From Haliotis rubra (Eukaryota): DNA of 64,000 nucleotides. The position numbers and the translations under genes are program-made. The notes under the pieces were generated by a model. It ran no database searches and was not told where the DNA came from. It was given only the letters and a program-made list of their open reading frames with translations. Of the stretch, positions 25,231 to 38,400 are shown piece by piece. The stretch's first letter is position 1. Each line of letters starts with the position of its first letter. The stretch spans positions 4,588,001 through 4,652,000 of the forward strand of contig NW_025765003.1 of assembly GCF_003918875.1 (NCBI RefSeq). Reading direction: 5' to 3'.

Positions 25231-26108
25231 TTCGGTGAGTAAGTTTCACTTACAACAGTAGGCGATATGTTGCGTACACAACCACGTTTGACTGCTACTA
25301 GGGGGGTCATCAATTTTGTACATACAAATATTTAGAAATTATGCTTTAAAAATATGGGAGGGGGGGCGTTGATTTTGCACATGGCATGAAGGGAAGGGGG
25401 TGTCACTCACTTTGTACATACATTTTAGGGGGGTCAGTCAAAATTGTACATGCTTCTCAATAAAAAGCATCACCCCTTCATAGCCATAAATTATGAACGG
25501 TCCCTAACCTGCTGTACATGCACATGGATTCGAAGCAGATCTTCCACGCGACGAATGAACGCTTTAACCACGCTGCTACGCATAAACGGGATTGGAAGGG
25601 TTCGCGAGAAAACACAGGTTGTTCAAGACAAAAAAAAACTTACCGAGAGCCAGGGGTTACGGTTCTACAATTGTGTAAGGAGTACAAACTGATGTTACGA
25701 GTTTGGCCGAGTGGGTACGCCAGACATCACGATCGTGGGTTCGAATCCTATTTCGGCCCTGTTATGGTTCCAAGTTTGTCAGAACCATCCCTGCACTCGT
25801 CGATTTCACCCAGGTGGCAGGCCAAAAGCGGCGTAAAACTAAACTCACTCACTCTTCCCTCCCATAATACACTTACAGGCGATGATACAATAGAATCACC
25901 CAGGTACTTAATCCAAGTCACTGACAAATAGACACGCATATTAGGGACATGGTTTTGTTGAATGGGAGTCGGAGAAATATAGATAATATATATAGATATA
26001 ATGAATATAGATAACTGTAGGAAACCTGCTCGTAGTGTCTCGAAAGCAAATGAAGCTAGGCTGATACACCTCATTGCATATATTTCCTTGCATAAGTGTA
26101 TACTAAAA

Positions 26109-26280
26109 GAGTGAGTGAGTTTAGCTTTACGCCGCACTCAGCAATATCCCAGCTATATGGCGTCAGTCTGTAAATAATCGAGCCTGGACCACACAATCCA
26201 GTGATTGACAGCATGAACATCGATTTACGCATTTGGGAACCGATCACGTGTGGTCAACCCAGTCAGCGAGCCCGCAAACC
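26109..26280 (-). mobile_element. SINE family B, truncated
   Basis: 3' half of family B. Confidence 0.72.
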
Positions 26281-27083
26281 GAAACATGAGTTATTAACCA
26301 ATTCAGACAATGACCTACTTTTCAGCCGATCCGAATTTTCTCGGGTGAAAGTGAAAAGAGACTCTACAAACAACTATGGTTACACTAAATTCCAAATCCC
26401 TGTTTCATAAGAAAATTGTATTTATAAATGAATTTGAATATTAAAGTTTAATAAAATCGTATTTCTATATCTTATGGCGAGACCTCACAGACTGCCCCTG
26501 TTTGATGAAGTCGTAAAATAATTCACAATGCATCTGGTTCACAGATTACACCTGTTATGTGTTCTTTGCGCTTATTCAGTGTATTTTTATACCGTACAAT
26601 GTGATTGATATAATATCAAGTCCGTACCAGACCGCCAAACCTTTCTAGCGGCCGAGCCTCGTTTTGAGATTTCCACGATTTCCAGATTTCCGTTTGTCAG
26701 AGCAATCTGTACGACAGAGAACGCTGCACGACGTGGTTGCAAGGATTATAAGGAACGTAGTGTTGCAACATACAAGTGCTTATATGTATCAAATAATACT
26801 GATTAATGTTTGTATATCCAGCTGAATGAGTTGGTCTCAAAATTCTGGACTGGTTATTGTACTAAGTTGCGCAATAGGACGGAACCCAGTCAGCCGGAAA
26901 CGAGACTGTTGTGTAATCAATGTTTTGACTTGCCACCCGATCCCGTTAGTCGCCTCTTACGACAAGTATGGGTTAATGAACATGAATTCACAAAGAAAGA
27001 AATGAAAAGCCATTTAAGATATGATAATTGATAGTATCGACTAGTAAAATGTATAATTACAACCAACTTTCTTTTCGTTTCAG

Positions 27084-29701
27084 AACGCATCAACACAAAT
27101 CAGGTGGAGCGATGTTTTGTGGATATCCATGTTCTGAAAAGAGCAGAGGATATTTTGGAGAGACACAGCCATGTCGCCATCATTGGAGCGGCTGGAGATG
27201 GCCAAACCAGCATTGCTGCAATGATTTATGGCAAAAGGTCCAAGTATAAACCACTGTTTGTTCAACATATCGAAGATTTTGACGTTGAAATAATCGCCTA
27301 CAGACGTTGTCACATGCTGGTTATATTTGATGACATATTTAACGGTCTTCGTTTCTCAACAAAACTTGAGAAAATATTCAGAGTGTTGGCCGACAGCCTG
27401 ATTCACGATGCTCCGTCGAAACAAAAAATAACTCGAAATAGCAACTCAAAGTGGGAGAAACCCAGGTCATCCTTCAAACTTAGGTTTATTTTCACATCTC
27501 GAAAATACAACTGGAACAGAGGATGCTCCAGATTTCATCGGTTTAAATTCAGTTTGTTCAGGCCTGAAACAGTCGTGGATATGACCAAAGAATATTGGAC
27601 ACCTGAAGAAAAGAAACGTCTCTTGCGTTGGTGGATGGCAAAATATCAGAAAGTTGAACTCTCTGACAAGGATATACAAAATATTATCCATTCAAAGAAT
27701 ATCGGATTTGGGTTTCCTCTTATCTGTAGTCTGTTCTTCCCCACCCCTGTGTTTCAGATGCACCCTGAAGACTTCTTCCAGAACCCTTTGACCTACCTGA
27801 GATGTGACCTTGACCCCATCATTCGGGAAGGTAGCAACAGATCAGCAGCCATCATACTCCTCATCCTGTGTGGAGGGAGTCTCAACCTTGTCACATTTCT
27901 GTCGGAAGCTGACTTCGCGAAACTCTTCAAAGTTGTCCAAGGTGTTGTTGAATCCTGTACTCGGACAGGCATTGGTGACGAGATAAGGAATTTCACTGGC
28001 ACTTTCTGTATAGTTGAGGACCACATCGCTTCCTTCTCTCACCCGTCGGTATATGATGCTGCAGCATGTGCGCTAAGTCACCTGAATCATGTGCTGTTGC
28101 TGCAGTACTGCTCTCTGAAGTTCTTGAATGAGCGTGTGAGACTGAAGAAGACGCTTCAGACACCAACTACTGATGATGTCACTAACATGATTTACATCAG
28201 CCCTGCTCTACACCAAATTGTCGTGGGACTTGCTGAAGGTATCCGACAGAAATGTTTCAAGTGGACAGTCACACATCCTGCACTCAGTAACGACACCATT
28301 GCCTCGTCCCTTGTGGCCCAATTGGGTGATGAGTTGACAAGGATAGTGCAACAGACAGACAAAACCTTTGGGAAGTGTTTTCTGTATTGGACGTCACTGA
28401 CACATTATAATGCACTGTTTAAGGGTGCATTGAGCACTTTCAATCAAAAAACAGATTAAGGAAACCGAATCTAATATTTATGAAAGTGCAGCGGTATGTG
28501 CGGAGAACCATAAATTTAAACATGTTGTCGATATTGTAACCCAATTGAAACTAGAGGACAGGTTCAATGCAGATTACAAATTAAATAATGGCAAAACTTT
28601 GCTTCTGGTTGCTGCAGAGGTAGGTGGTGAGGACGTGTTCACTTTCTTTATGAATGAAAACGCTGATTTAACATCGGCAGACCCAGATGGACTTACCAGT
28701 ATTCATTATGCCTGTATGAGTGGGAACAAAATCATAGCAAAGACTGTCTGTGAAAAAGCTCCCGATATGATCAATGACCGTGACAGTCAGGGAGTGACAT
28801 CAGCGTTGATAGCCTCTGAAATGGGTCATGATAAAATCCTACAGCTTCTTGTATCCAAGGGAGCAGACGCCACTCTGTGTGACAACCAAAATCGGAACTG
28901 TCTGCATGTTGCAAGCTGTGCAGGACGTCTCTCCACAGTCAAATATCTCCTTGGGCTGGAGCGGTTCAACATAAACTGCCGTGGTGGGAGATTCAAACAA
29001 ACACCTGTCATGATGGCGGTCCTGAATGGACATGACGAGGTGTATAATCGCCTTGTGTGTGAAGAAGCTGATCTGTCACTTTGTGATACAAACAACAGGG
29101 ACTGCTTGATGTTGGCGAGCGAAGGTGGACACACATCTATAGTTGCAAACCTGCTGTCAATGAACACGTTTGATATCAACAGGAAGAGGAAGTGGGACGA
29201 GCAAACTGCAGTTATGCTCGCAGCTAAAGGTGGTCATTTTGACGTGTACAATCTTCTTGTGACAAAGGAAGCTGATCTGTCCAAGTCAGATCTGTTCAAT
29301 AGCGACTGTCTAGTTTGGGCATGTATCGGAGGGAACGTCAAGATTGTACGTCACTTGTTGTCTATGGAACTTTTTGACATCAATGAAAGATATCGCTTGA
29401 AATTAACTCCAATCATGCATGCAGTGTACTCTGGACACTATGAGGTTTTAATCTCCTGGTGGAAAATGGAGCTGATCTGTCTCTTAAAGATGCTGAAGAC
29501 CAAGACTGCCTTATATGGGCATGCAAGGGAGGTAACGCATCAATAGTGAAAGACCTTCTGCATTTGAAAAGATTTGACATAAACAGGATGGATAGTCTGT
29601 TGCAGCAGACCCTATTAATGGAGGCACAAACTGGAGGCCATGATGAAGTGTTCGATATTCTTGTATCAAAAGGGGCTGAATTGCCACCGTCCGATACGTG
29701 A
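27084..29701 (+). pseudogene. STAND NTPase (nSTAND3-like) + ankyrin-repeat protein; large exon, frameshifted as assembled
   Basis: Acceptor cttttcgtttcag at 27083. Walker A-like 'AIIGAAGDGQTS', Walker B 'LVIFDDIF', sensor 'FIFTSR', 'GFPLIC', WHD 'FSHPSVYDA', then about 10 ankyrin repeats (e.g. TSALIASEMGHDKILQLLVSKGAD). Frame breaks at A6 28446-51 and T4 29446-49. Confidence 0.82.
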
Positions 29702-30826
29702 AACAGTCAAGGTCTATTGTTTGAATTACGAAGGGATGCGTTGAACAGAACAGAAGGGAACCGGAATGTCTTCTGCAGGTGATGTCCTCAGAGTATTGAT
29801 CCGGGCACCACTGCCTCCGTTTGGCTGCTTCAGGTTGATGAACAGACAACTTTGTACCAGGACAGTATTTCAGTTATGCTGTGTTTCAGTTTGAAGGTGA
29901 AGGAAACCTTACATGATCTTACAAGGTCCACGTGTAGGTTCAGGATTTCAATAACGGACATTGAAACCCGTGTTGATAACTTACATTAAGTTTTAATCGA
30001 TTGCATGCGATGGTAGCGTAGCGATCGGCAAAGCAGGCGGGTGGGGTACACCGAAGTGTCCGGCCTTGTCATACTGTATTGTACTGTGAAGCATTTCGAT
30101 TCGGGGGTCATCTTAGATTTTATATAAATGATATTGTTAAAATCTTTAATCTGATTCCTCGCAAAGACACGAGGGCCTGTGATATTACATTGCCTCTTAT
30201 TTCCTTGGCAAGGAGATATTGTTTGCCTGTGTTTTTTCGGGTTTTTTTGCTGCTGTTCTTGTTTTATTGGCGTAGGAATATGCGTGCGTGCGCGTGTGCG
30301 TGTGTGTGTAGGGGTGTGTGTGTATTTTTTACTATCAAGGCTAGAACTATTGCTGTGTGTGTGCGCGTGCAGGTTATGATACTCCCAAAAATAACCCGTC
30401 CCGGGCGGTCGGGCAGGTATTTCGAACGCTGGTGTGTGTGTGCGTGCCTGCGTGTACGCGTGTGTATGTAGGGGGTGCATTTTTTACTATAATGACTAGA
30501 ACTATTGCTGTCCACAAATATGCATATAAGATAACAATTGGACAAACTCTTCGTGCATGTGTTTATTGTTAACATTAAATATCTAATGAAAATGGCAAAG
30601 CCCTCCGTCAATGTGTATATTGTTATATTAGATACCCAATGCACTTTGCATATCTTTCCATTTGTGTGTATAATTTTATATTAGATACCTATTGCAATAT
30701 GTGTATATTATTATACTATATAAGTTATCAACAGTGAATAGCTCTCCATACATGTGTATATTGTTATATTATATGTTATCAACAGTAAATAGCTCTCCAT
30801 ACATATATATATTGTTATATCATATA

Positions 30827-32180
30827 TACTAGCCACATAAAGAAACTGTGCATTGTCAAAATATTATCCCAGTTGATAAGTACGATAACAATGTCAAAGG
30901 TACATATAAACTTAAATGGGACCATAACAAGTCGGGAGAATTTCAATTGAAAAGTCAATCACAATGACGTCACGAGTCCACAAGCGGGACAGGGGTCAAA
31001 GCTCAATAACGGGTATATCCACCATCGGCATTGAGAACAGCAGTGCATCGACGACGCATAGAGCCTATCAAACGTGCAAGGAAGGCTTGTGGGATGTCAC
31101 ACCAGATTCTCTCAAGTTCTGTTGCAAGGTCAAGGACGTTATCTGGCGGATGAGGAAGACAGCGTAGACGTCGATCCATCTCGTCCCAAACATGCTCTAT
31201 CAGGGAGAGATCCGGTGAATTTGCAGGCCAAGGCAGTAAGTCAACGTTGTGGTGTTAGAAGAAATCCATAGCAACCCTTGCCGTATGAGGGTGGGAATTG
31301 TCCTGTTGGAATGTTAACCCAGGGCCATGACGTTGCAGAAAAGGAATTGCCACAGGTCGAAGAATCTGATCCCTGTAGCCCACACCAGTTAAGTTGCCCT
31401 GAACAATCACCAAAGGAGTCCTTTGGCGTGCTGTTATTCCACCCCAAATCATCTGGGAACCACCACCAAAGCGATTCCTCTCCAAGACACAGGCCTGTGC
31501 ATAACGTTCTCCCACGCGTCTATAGGCACGTCCACGTCCATCCCTATGGGAAATGTTAAACTTGGACTCATCTGTAAAAACAACATTTCTCCACTAAAAC
31601 AAGGGTCTGCGGACATGATTTCGGCACCACATTCGGCGAGCTTGTCGATGACGTTGTGTCAGGATAGGCCGTATGGCGGGACGTCGTGGTCTGATCCCGT
31701 GATGACGTACACGTCGTCGAACTGTGTTGGGGTGGATACGGCGAAGTCCTGGGATGGTTCTGGCTCTGAAACCTGTGGCGAAGATGGGTCACCCTTATCC
31801 ATATGTCCTGTCTTGGCGTTGTTACACGTGGACGTCCAGAACGTGGCCGATCGATGACGTCATTTGTGTTCTGGTGGCGTCTCACCAGTGCAGAAATGGT
31901 GTTCCGGTGGCAGTGGAAATGTGCAGCCACTTGTCGTTGAGACATTCCCCCACGGACCATCGCAATGGCCTCATGACGTTGTGCAGACGTGAGCCTTGGC
32001 ATGCTATGCGTTTCAATAGCCGTTTAAATTTTTGAACGATCGCAAGGGAAGGGGTTGAGCTTTCCAAAGTAACAGTATTGTGTGACATTCATTTGCTCTG
32101 TTTCTCTTTCCCGGAATGCACGTGCAACAACGTATTGCACGTCTCAAAGACGAACCCACTGACGTCACGGAACGTGCATG
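30827..32180 (-). mobile_element. Tc1/mariner relic with frameshifted transposase (32002 to about 30935)
   Basis: 'MPRLTSAQRHEAIAMV', 'GRPRVTT', 'FGGGSQMIWGGI', 'FQQDNSHPH'. One candidate terminus tactagccacataaagaaactgtgca at about 30827; the other end is lost at the Gypsy fragment. Confidence 0.85.
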
Positions 32181-32189
32181 CATGTTGGA

Positions 32190-32760
32190 TATATCTCACT
32201 AATCTCTGAGTTTGAGTTGGGCATTCTTGCTATGATTTCTTCTACTGTCCTCATGGGGGTGCTGTCGCTTCAAAGCCTTGTTGAGGTCAATTGGATCAAT
32301 ACAAATCCGTATTTTGTATGTGTTTTTTTCTTTATCACCATAGACGAGACCCAGTATCGGTTCAGTCATGGTGTGACACTCCTTGTTCCACCATTGAGTC
32401 TCTCCTGCATATATGTGTATATTGTTACAGGAATTAGGTACCCTGATCACAGGTACATGTCGGGGTCCAGCTCAGCACTGTATTCCAGGTAAGTTCCCCA
32501 GTCTTCCGTCGAATAAGTAGGGTATATATCATAATCTGTGCCCAGTGGTTCATAGTTTTGTGTGTTTTCATTGTTAGTTCACACACACTGTATACATCCT
32601 CGTCGAAGGATAGTAAGTTATACACTGTCACGTAGTCCTACTATAGGCTTGAGCTGTTGTTCTATGACATGAAAGGTTAGCAGCTCTTCTCTATCTTTGA
32701 ATCTACACTTGATTTGGGTATCTTCCCAATGTTTTCAAGCTCCTCCATGACAATGTTACT
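32190..32760 (-). mobile_element. Ty3/Gypsy pol (RT N-terminal) remnant
   Basis: 'KIRICIDPIDLNKALKRQHP' is the typical Gypsy RT motif; heavily decayed. Confidence 0.65.
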
Positions 32761-33848
32761 ATATATTGTTTGCTGATTTTATATAAGTTATCGCAACCTC
32801 TTTATGAAACCGCTTTCGGTTTGAAACCAAAAATAACAAAAATACGCTAATTTGTCAATTTAATGCATGTAAGACGTGGGTAATAAATAAAGTGACATCG
32901 GTCTCATTACATACGAATTATACGAAACTCGTCTTCCTATATTATCTAACCTCGCTTTCGCTCGGTCAGATAATAGTAAGGACACTCGTTTCGTATAATT
33001 CGTATGTAATGAGACCTCGTGTAGTATTCTCTATATATCATATAGGTTATCAACAGTGGATAGCTCTGAATGAATTGAATGACTATATCGATATGCAATA
33101 TATTTAACAATATTTGTTGCACCCGTTCTTTGAAATTGCCAATTTTATTAAATGAACAACTTTCATGAATGAAATAATTGCTTTTATCCATATCCAAATC
33201 TTAGATGTTGTTCAGCCCAGAGCAAAGCCCATTCGAAAAACAGCATCCACAAATTATATACTGATTATGTCTAATGTGGATTTGTGGCGCTGCTGCATGA
33301 AACAGATTAGCTGAGTGTAACAACATCCATGAGAGTTCAGCAATCAGCAGTGTCACATGATGGTCCTGGACAACCTCAGGATACCACATTGCGGCTGTGG
33401 CAGGCACTGTTGCGGCGAAGACAAGCTTTCAGATAGGACAATGTTTCTTCTGCAATGACGGTATCCATGGCAACCACACAAACTTGGCGCCAAAATATTT
33501 CACGAAAGCTGAGCACTTCTGGTGACATTTTTTTGGCTCAAAATCCAGCAGACAGATCCAGATTCAGGGGGGTTTGCTCATTTTGTCGTGTGTCAGAGGA
33601 TAGGCCGAGGTTGGCTGTACTACCATACTCCTTACTAGACAACAGGCAGTGCAGAATAATAGGAAACAATTACTCCGAACCGAGGCATTCACACCTATCA
33701 AACGTGCCTAAATCAGTTTAGTTTGACATATCGTAGTGGGACGGTGGGGAAAAGGATCTCCTTATCAGTGTTCCATTGATATGGTGTAAATCTGGTAGAC
33801 CAGAGGTGACGTTTCCGCAAGAAGGAACTTGTATATAATGGGTTTACA

Positions 33849-33981
33849 TAGGCGGATCCAGAGTGGGGGTGAAGGGGTGCGCACCCCCCTTTTGTCCTGA
33901 AAGTTTATTAAATGACCATTGAAATTCTGGTGAAAATGAAGTGTGCACCCCCCCTTTCTCAAAAAGCTGTATCCGCCCCTG
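33849..33981. mobile_element. Short hAT-like MITE
   Basis: Inverted ends aggcggatccag / ctgtatccgcccctg. Confidence 0.55.
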
Positions 33982-35330
33982 GTTTAGTAGCTTTGACTGG
34001 AAGCGTAATACCGACAGCGAGAACCTCAGTAACAATGAGAGGGGGTATCATCTACAATAATCACACAGCTTTCTGGCAAGCATGAGGTCACCTGCTCGAT
34101 CCCATACAGAATCCATATGGGAATTCTAGTCTCGTCCACGAGTTCACCCAAAAGAAATCAAATCACTAACGAGTAGAAAAACTATAGTAATTGTCCATCT
34201 GTACGTGGAATCTGGATACTGCCGTTGATAAGTGGCTGTATGATGTGTATTTACCAATATTTCACCCGCCCATCCAATTTCAAATACGTGTTTCTGTCGA
34301 ATTTCTGACCCCAGAAAGCATAAATTTCAAATTGTTAGAACGCTGGCATTTAAAACCAAACCTCTGAAATATTATATCAAGACTGACTGATGCCACTTGC
34401 TCTTCTTGCAGGTTATATTTAAGCTCATGGATTAAATAGGTTCACTTTTTTGAAATCTAAGAATGACATCTGAAAACTTTCCAGATTTGACTTATTGTTA
34501 GGATTTGGTATGGTCCTTGCTGATCGTTCGTCTTCTCTAGGTTTTACACAATAACTGGGAAGATAATTCAGAGTAGTCCTTCGAGATACGTTAATGATAA
34601 TGCTCTCTAATGCAAACAGTGTTGTTTTTATTTTGCATTTTATTTACGTTTTGAAAAAAATATATACCTTCCTCTATCACTGGTATTCTTTAACCACACC
34701 TCTCAATGTTACTCAAGAATTTTTGAGAGTGGTACAACCATGGGTGCAGACTGAGCTAGGGTCATGCATTCATCGAAAGTGTTTGACACATCATTGCTTT
34801 GAGACTTTAGATCGTCTGTTTGAACGCCTTGTTCCTATTGTTATGTAGCTGCATCATGTGATAAGTGAAACCTTTGCAGGTGCAGGAACTATGAAAGGAA
34901 CTATGACTGACAGACATTTTACAGTTGTCCATATCTTTACCAAAATATGCGCCTGATAAAGAACGCAAATTCACCGTCAACAAATTCACTTTATTGACGT
35001 GTCAATCTTAGGATAATATATTCATTCGTTTCATTTATGCTAAAAACAATTATCGATTTCCTGAGACTGAGAATGATCATAAGATTGTTTCCATGTTTCA
35101 TAAACATTTTGTCATTACGTGCCATTCTTTGAGGGGTGCCTGTTTCTGTCTGTGCTCCTCCCTCAGTCAGTTCCGTACAGTCGTGGAACTAGAATCAAGT
35201 AAATACACAATGAGTACTGAACATTCATTCTTCAACAAGTCTCTTATTGCCAAAAGGTCTCTAGTAAAGCACTGATAATCCATTGGTTTCGGCCTTGATT
35301 CCACACATTATTAGCATAAAGTCTAAACAG

Positions 35331-35459
35331 CTAATAAGTCTTCCGTCTTTTCTGGAGCCACAAGTGCAGCGGCAAAAGACTGTTTCTCTGCTGCAGTCGT
35401 CCATCAAACACATTGAAGTCACAATTCTGCAAGGACTTCAGATACCATTCACATACCAC
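35331..35459 (-). CDS. NDUFAF6: NDUFAF6 exon 10 (terminal)
   Basis: [42 protein letters not shown]; acceptor gtttgcag. Confidence 0.9.
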   Translation of the reverse strand: MVCEWYLKSLQNCDFNVFDGRLQQRNSLLPLHLWLQKRRKTY

Positions 35460-38400
35460 CTGCAAACAATGTAGACACACAAATATTGTTAGTAATTGTC
35501 ACATTGTTACATTGTCCTGGTGAGGGTATGTGTTTTGGACTGGTTGTGTTGATAGTGATGAGGATGGTGGATAATGGTGAGGATGGTGGATAATGGTGAG
35601 GATGGTGGATAATGGTCAGGGTGGTGGATAATGGATAGGCGTGAGGATGGTGGATAGTGGTGAGGATGGTGGATAATGGATAGTGGTGAGGATGATGGAT
35701 AATGGTGAGGATGATGGATAGTGGTGAGGACGGTGGACAATGGATAGTGGTGAGGAAGGTGGACAATGGATAGTGATGTGGATGGTTGACAATGATTAGT
35801 GATGAGGATGGTGGACAATGGATAGTGGTGAGGATGGTGGATAGTGGTGAGGATGGTGGACAATGGATAGTGGTGAGGATGGTGGACGATGGATAGTGGT
35901 GAGGATGGTGGATAATGGATAGTGGTGAGGATGGTGGACAATGGATAGTGGTGAGGATGGTTGATAATGGATAGTGGTGAGGATGGTGGATAACGGATAG
36001 TGAGGAGAATTGACAATGGATAGTGGTGAGGATGATGGATAATGGTGAGGATGGCGGATAATGGATAGTGAAGAGTATGGTGGACAATGGATAGTGGTGA
36101 GGATGGTGGACAATGGATAGTGGTGAGGATAATGGATAATGGTGAGGATGGTGGATAACGGACAGTGAGGAGGATGGTGGACAATGGTGAGGATGGTGGA
36201 TAACGGATAGTGAGGAGGATGGTGGACAATGGATAGTGGTGAGGATAATGGATAATGGTGAGGATGGTGGATAACGGAGAGTGAGGAGGATGGTGGACAA
36301 TGGATAGTGGTGAGGATGGTGGATAACGGATAGTGAGGAGGATGGTGGACAATGGATAGTGGTGAGGATGGTGGACAATGGATAGTGGTGAGGATGATGG
36401 ATAGTGGTGAGGATGGTGGATAATGGATAGTGGTGAGGATGGTGGATAATGGATAGTGGTGAGGATGGTGGACAATGGATAGTGGTGAGGATAATGGATA
36501 ATGGTGAGGATGGTGGATAACGGATAGTGGTGAGGATGGTGGATAGTGGTGAGGATGGTGGATAACGGATAGTGAGGAGGATGGTGGACAATGGATAGTG
36601 GTGAGGATGGTGGACAATGGATAGTGGTGAGGATGGTGGATAATGGATAGTGGTGAGGATGGTGGATAATGGATAGTGGTGAGGATGGTGGACAATGGCT
36701 AGTGGTGAGGATGGTGGACAATGGATAGTGGTGAGGATGGTGGATAATGGATAGTGGTGAGGATGGTTGATAATGGATAGTGGTGAGGATGGTTGATGAT
36801 GGATAGGTGAGGTGAGGAAGGTGGATAATGGTGAGGAAGGTGGATAATGTATAGTGATGAGGATGGTGGACAATGGATAGTGGTGAGGAAGGTGGATAAT
36901 GTATAGTGATGAGGATGGTGGATAATGTATAGTGGTGAGGAAGGTGGACAATGGATAGTGGTGAGGAAGGTGGATAATGTATAGTGATGAGGATGGTGGA
37001 CAATGGATAGTGGTGAGGATAATCGATAGTGGTGAGGATGGTGGACAATGGATAGTGATGAGGATGATGGACAATGGATAGTGGTGAGGATGGTGGACAA
37101 TGGATCGTGATGAGGATGGTGGATAATGGATAGTGATGAGGATGGTGGACAATGGATAGTGATGAGGATGGTGGACAATGGATAGTGGTGAGGATGGTGG
37201 ACAAAGGATAGTGGTGGATGGTGGATAATGGATAGTGGTGAGGATGGTGGATATGGAAAGATGTGAAAGATGATCGGGTAGATGGACATGTTTTATATGT
37301 TGTTTAATGTGATACTCAGTAATTTTCCAGCTGAATGTCATCCCCATCCGTCATACAATGACATGCATCAACCCAGTCAGCAGGCCTGACCCTAAAATCC
37401 TTTACTCACAAAGCCTGGATTGATGAAGACCAGTTCTAAACCTGGCCTTCAACATTTATGTGGATAAGGAATGAGGTGGGGAAATTGTGTTGAAACTGTG
37501 TGTGGGATGAGATTGGAAATTGGGGACAGCTGTGTTGATTGTGGTGAATACAGGATTAGATTGGAGGTAGGTGATGTGATATACTGCCACCTAGTTACTG
37601 TTCAACAGTAGTCCAGACTCACTCAAATGTACTCACCGTGTTCAGGAACACCAGACTGGCTTCCTTTGGAACATCCTTCGAGAATGATCTTGCCTGGAAC
37701 AAAACACCTTTAAGTAAACAGACATTGTGACATACCCCACAGACATGGATGCTTGAGATTCAATACCAGTAACAAGATCAAGAATATTTAGGACAAATCC
37801 TGAAGCTATTAGAGCACCTGCCTTGAGCAAGTGAGTTTACCTTTATGCCAGGCACTTTTGGTATTCCAGCAGTATCACAGCGATATTACAGCGGGGGACA
37901 CAGGAAATTGGCTTCACACATTGTAACCATGTGGGGAATCAAACCTGGGTCTTTGGCATGATGATAGAATGCCTTAACCACTAGGCTACCACACCACCCC
38001 CTTAAGGCATAAGGGAAAACACGATGAAATATGAGAAAACACTGAAGTTATCAGTGCAGTAAACCATTTGACCACACACCCTAAAGTCGTTATACACAAA
38101 CCCTGAGTCTTTTAGGGAACATATACACACCCTGAAACAGGATGCCTCCAATAATACTCTCACAGGTAACACATATACACAGGGCTAGAAATAACTTTAA
38201 AATTGCTAGTGTACTCCGGTACAGTGGCACAAGTAAAATCACTTGCCCTGATAATTTTTCCACTATACTGGCCGATTTTCTTGTTGATTTTTTAAATAAA
38301 TAACATAATTAAGATTGGAAAGTCAACTGGACACCGGTACAGTGTGACAGACAAATATGCTTTCCCAACAGCAAAAAGCACTGGACTCGGGCGTCGGGCA

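Noticed and set aside
29986-30644. Cluster of overlapping ORFs
   Set aside because: Driven by (tg)n/(cgtg)n microsatellites.
33201-33721. Short ORFs with coding-like composition
   Set aside because: No recognisable motif; probably a decayed transposon interior next to the hairpin.
35449-37347. Long 632/565/299/196-aa His-Pro-Ser ORFs
   Set aside because: They are translations of the 26/19-bp minisatellite, open in all three minus frames, and lie within NDUFAF6 intron 9.
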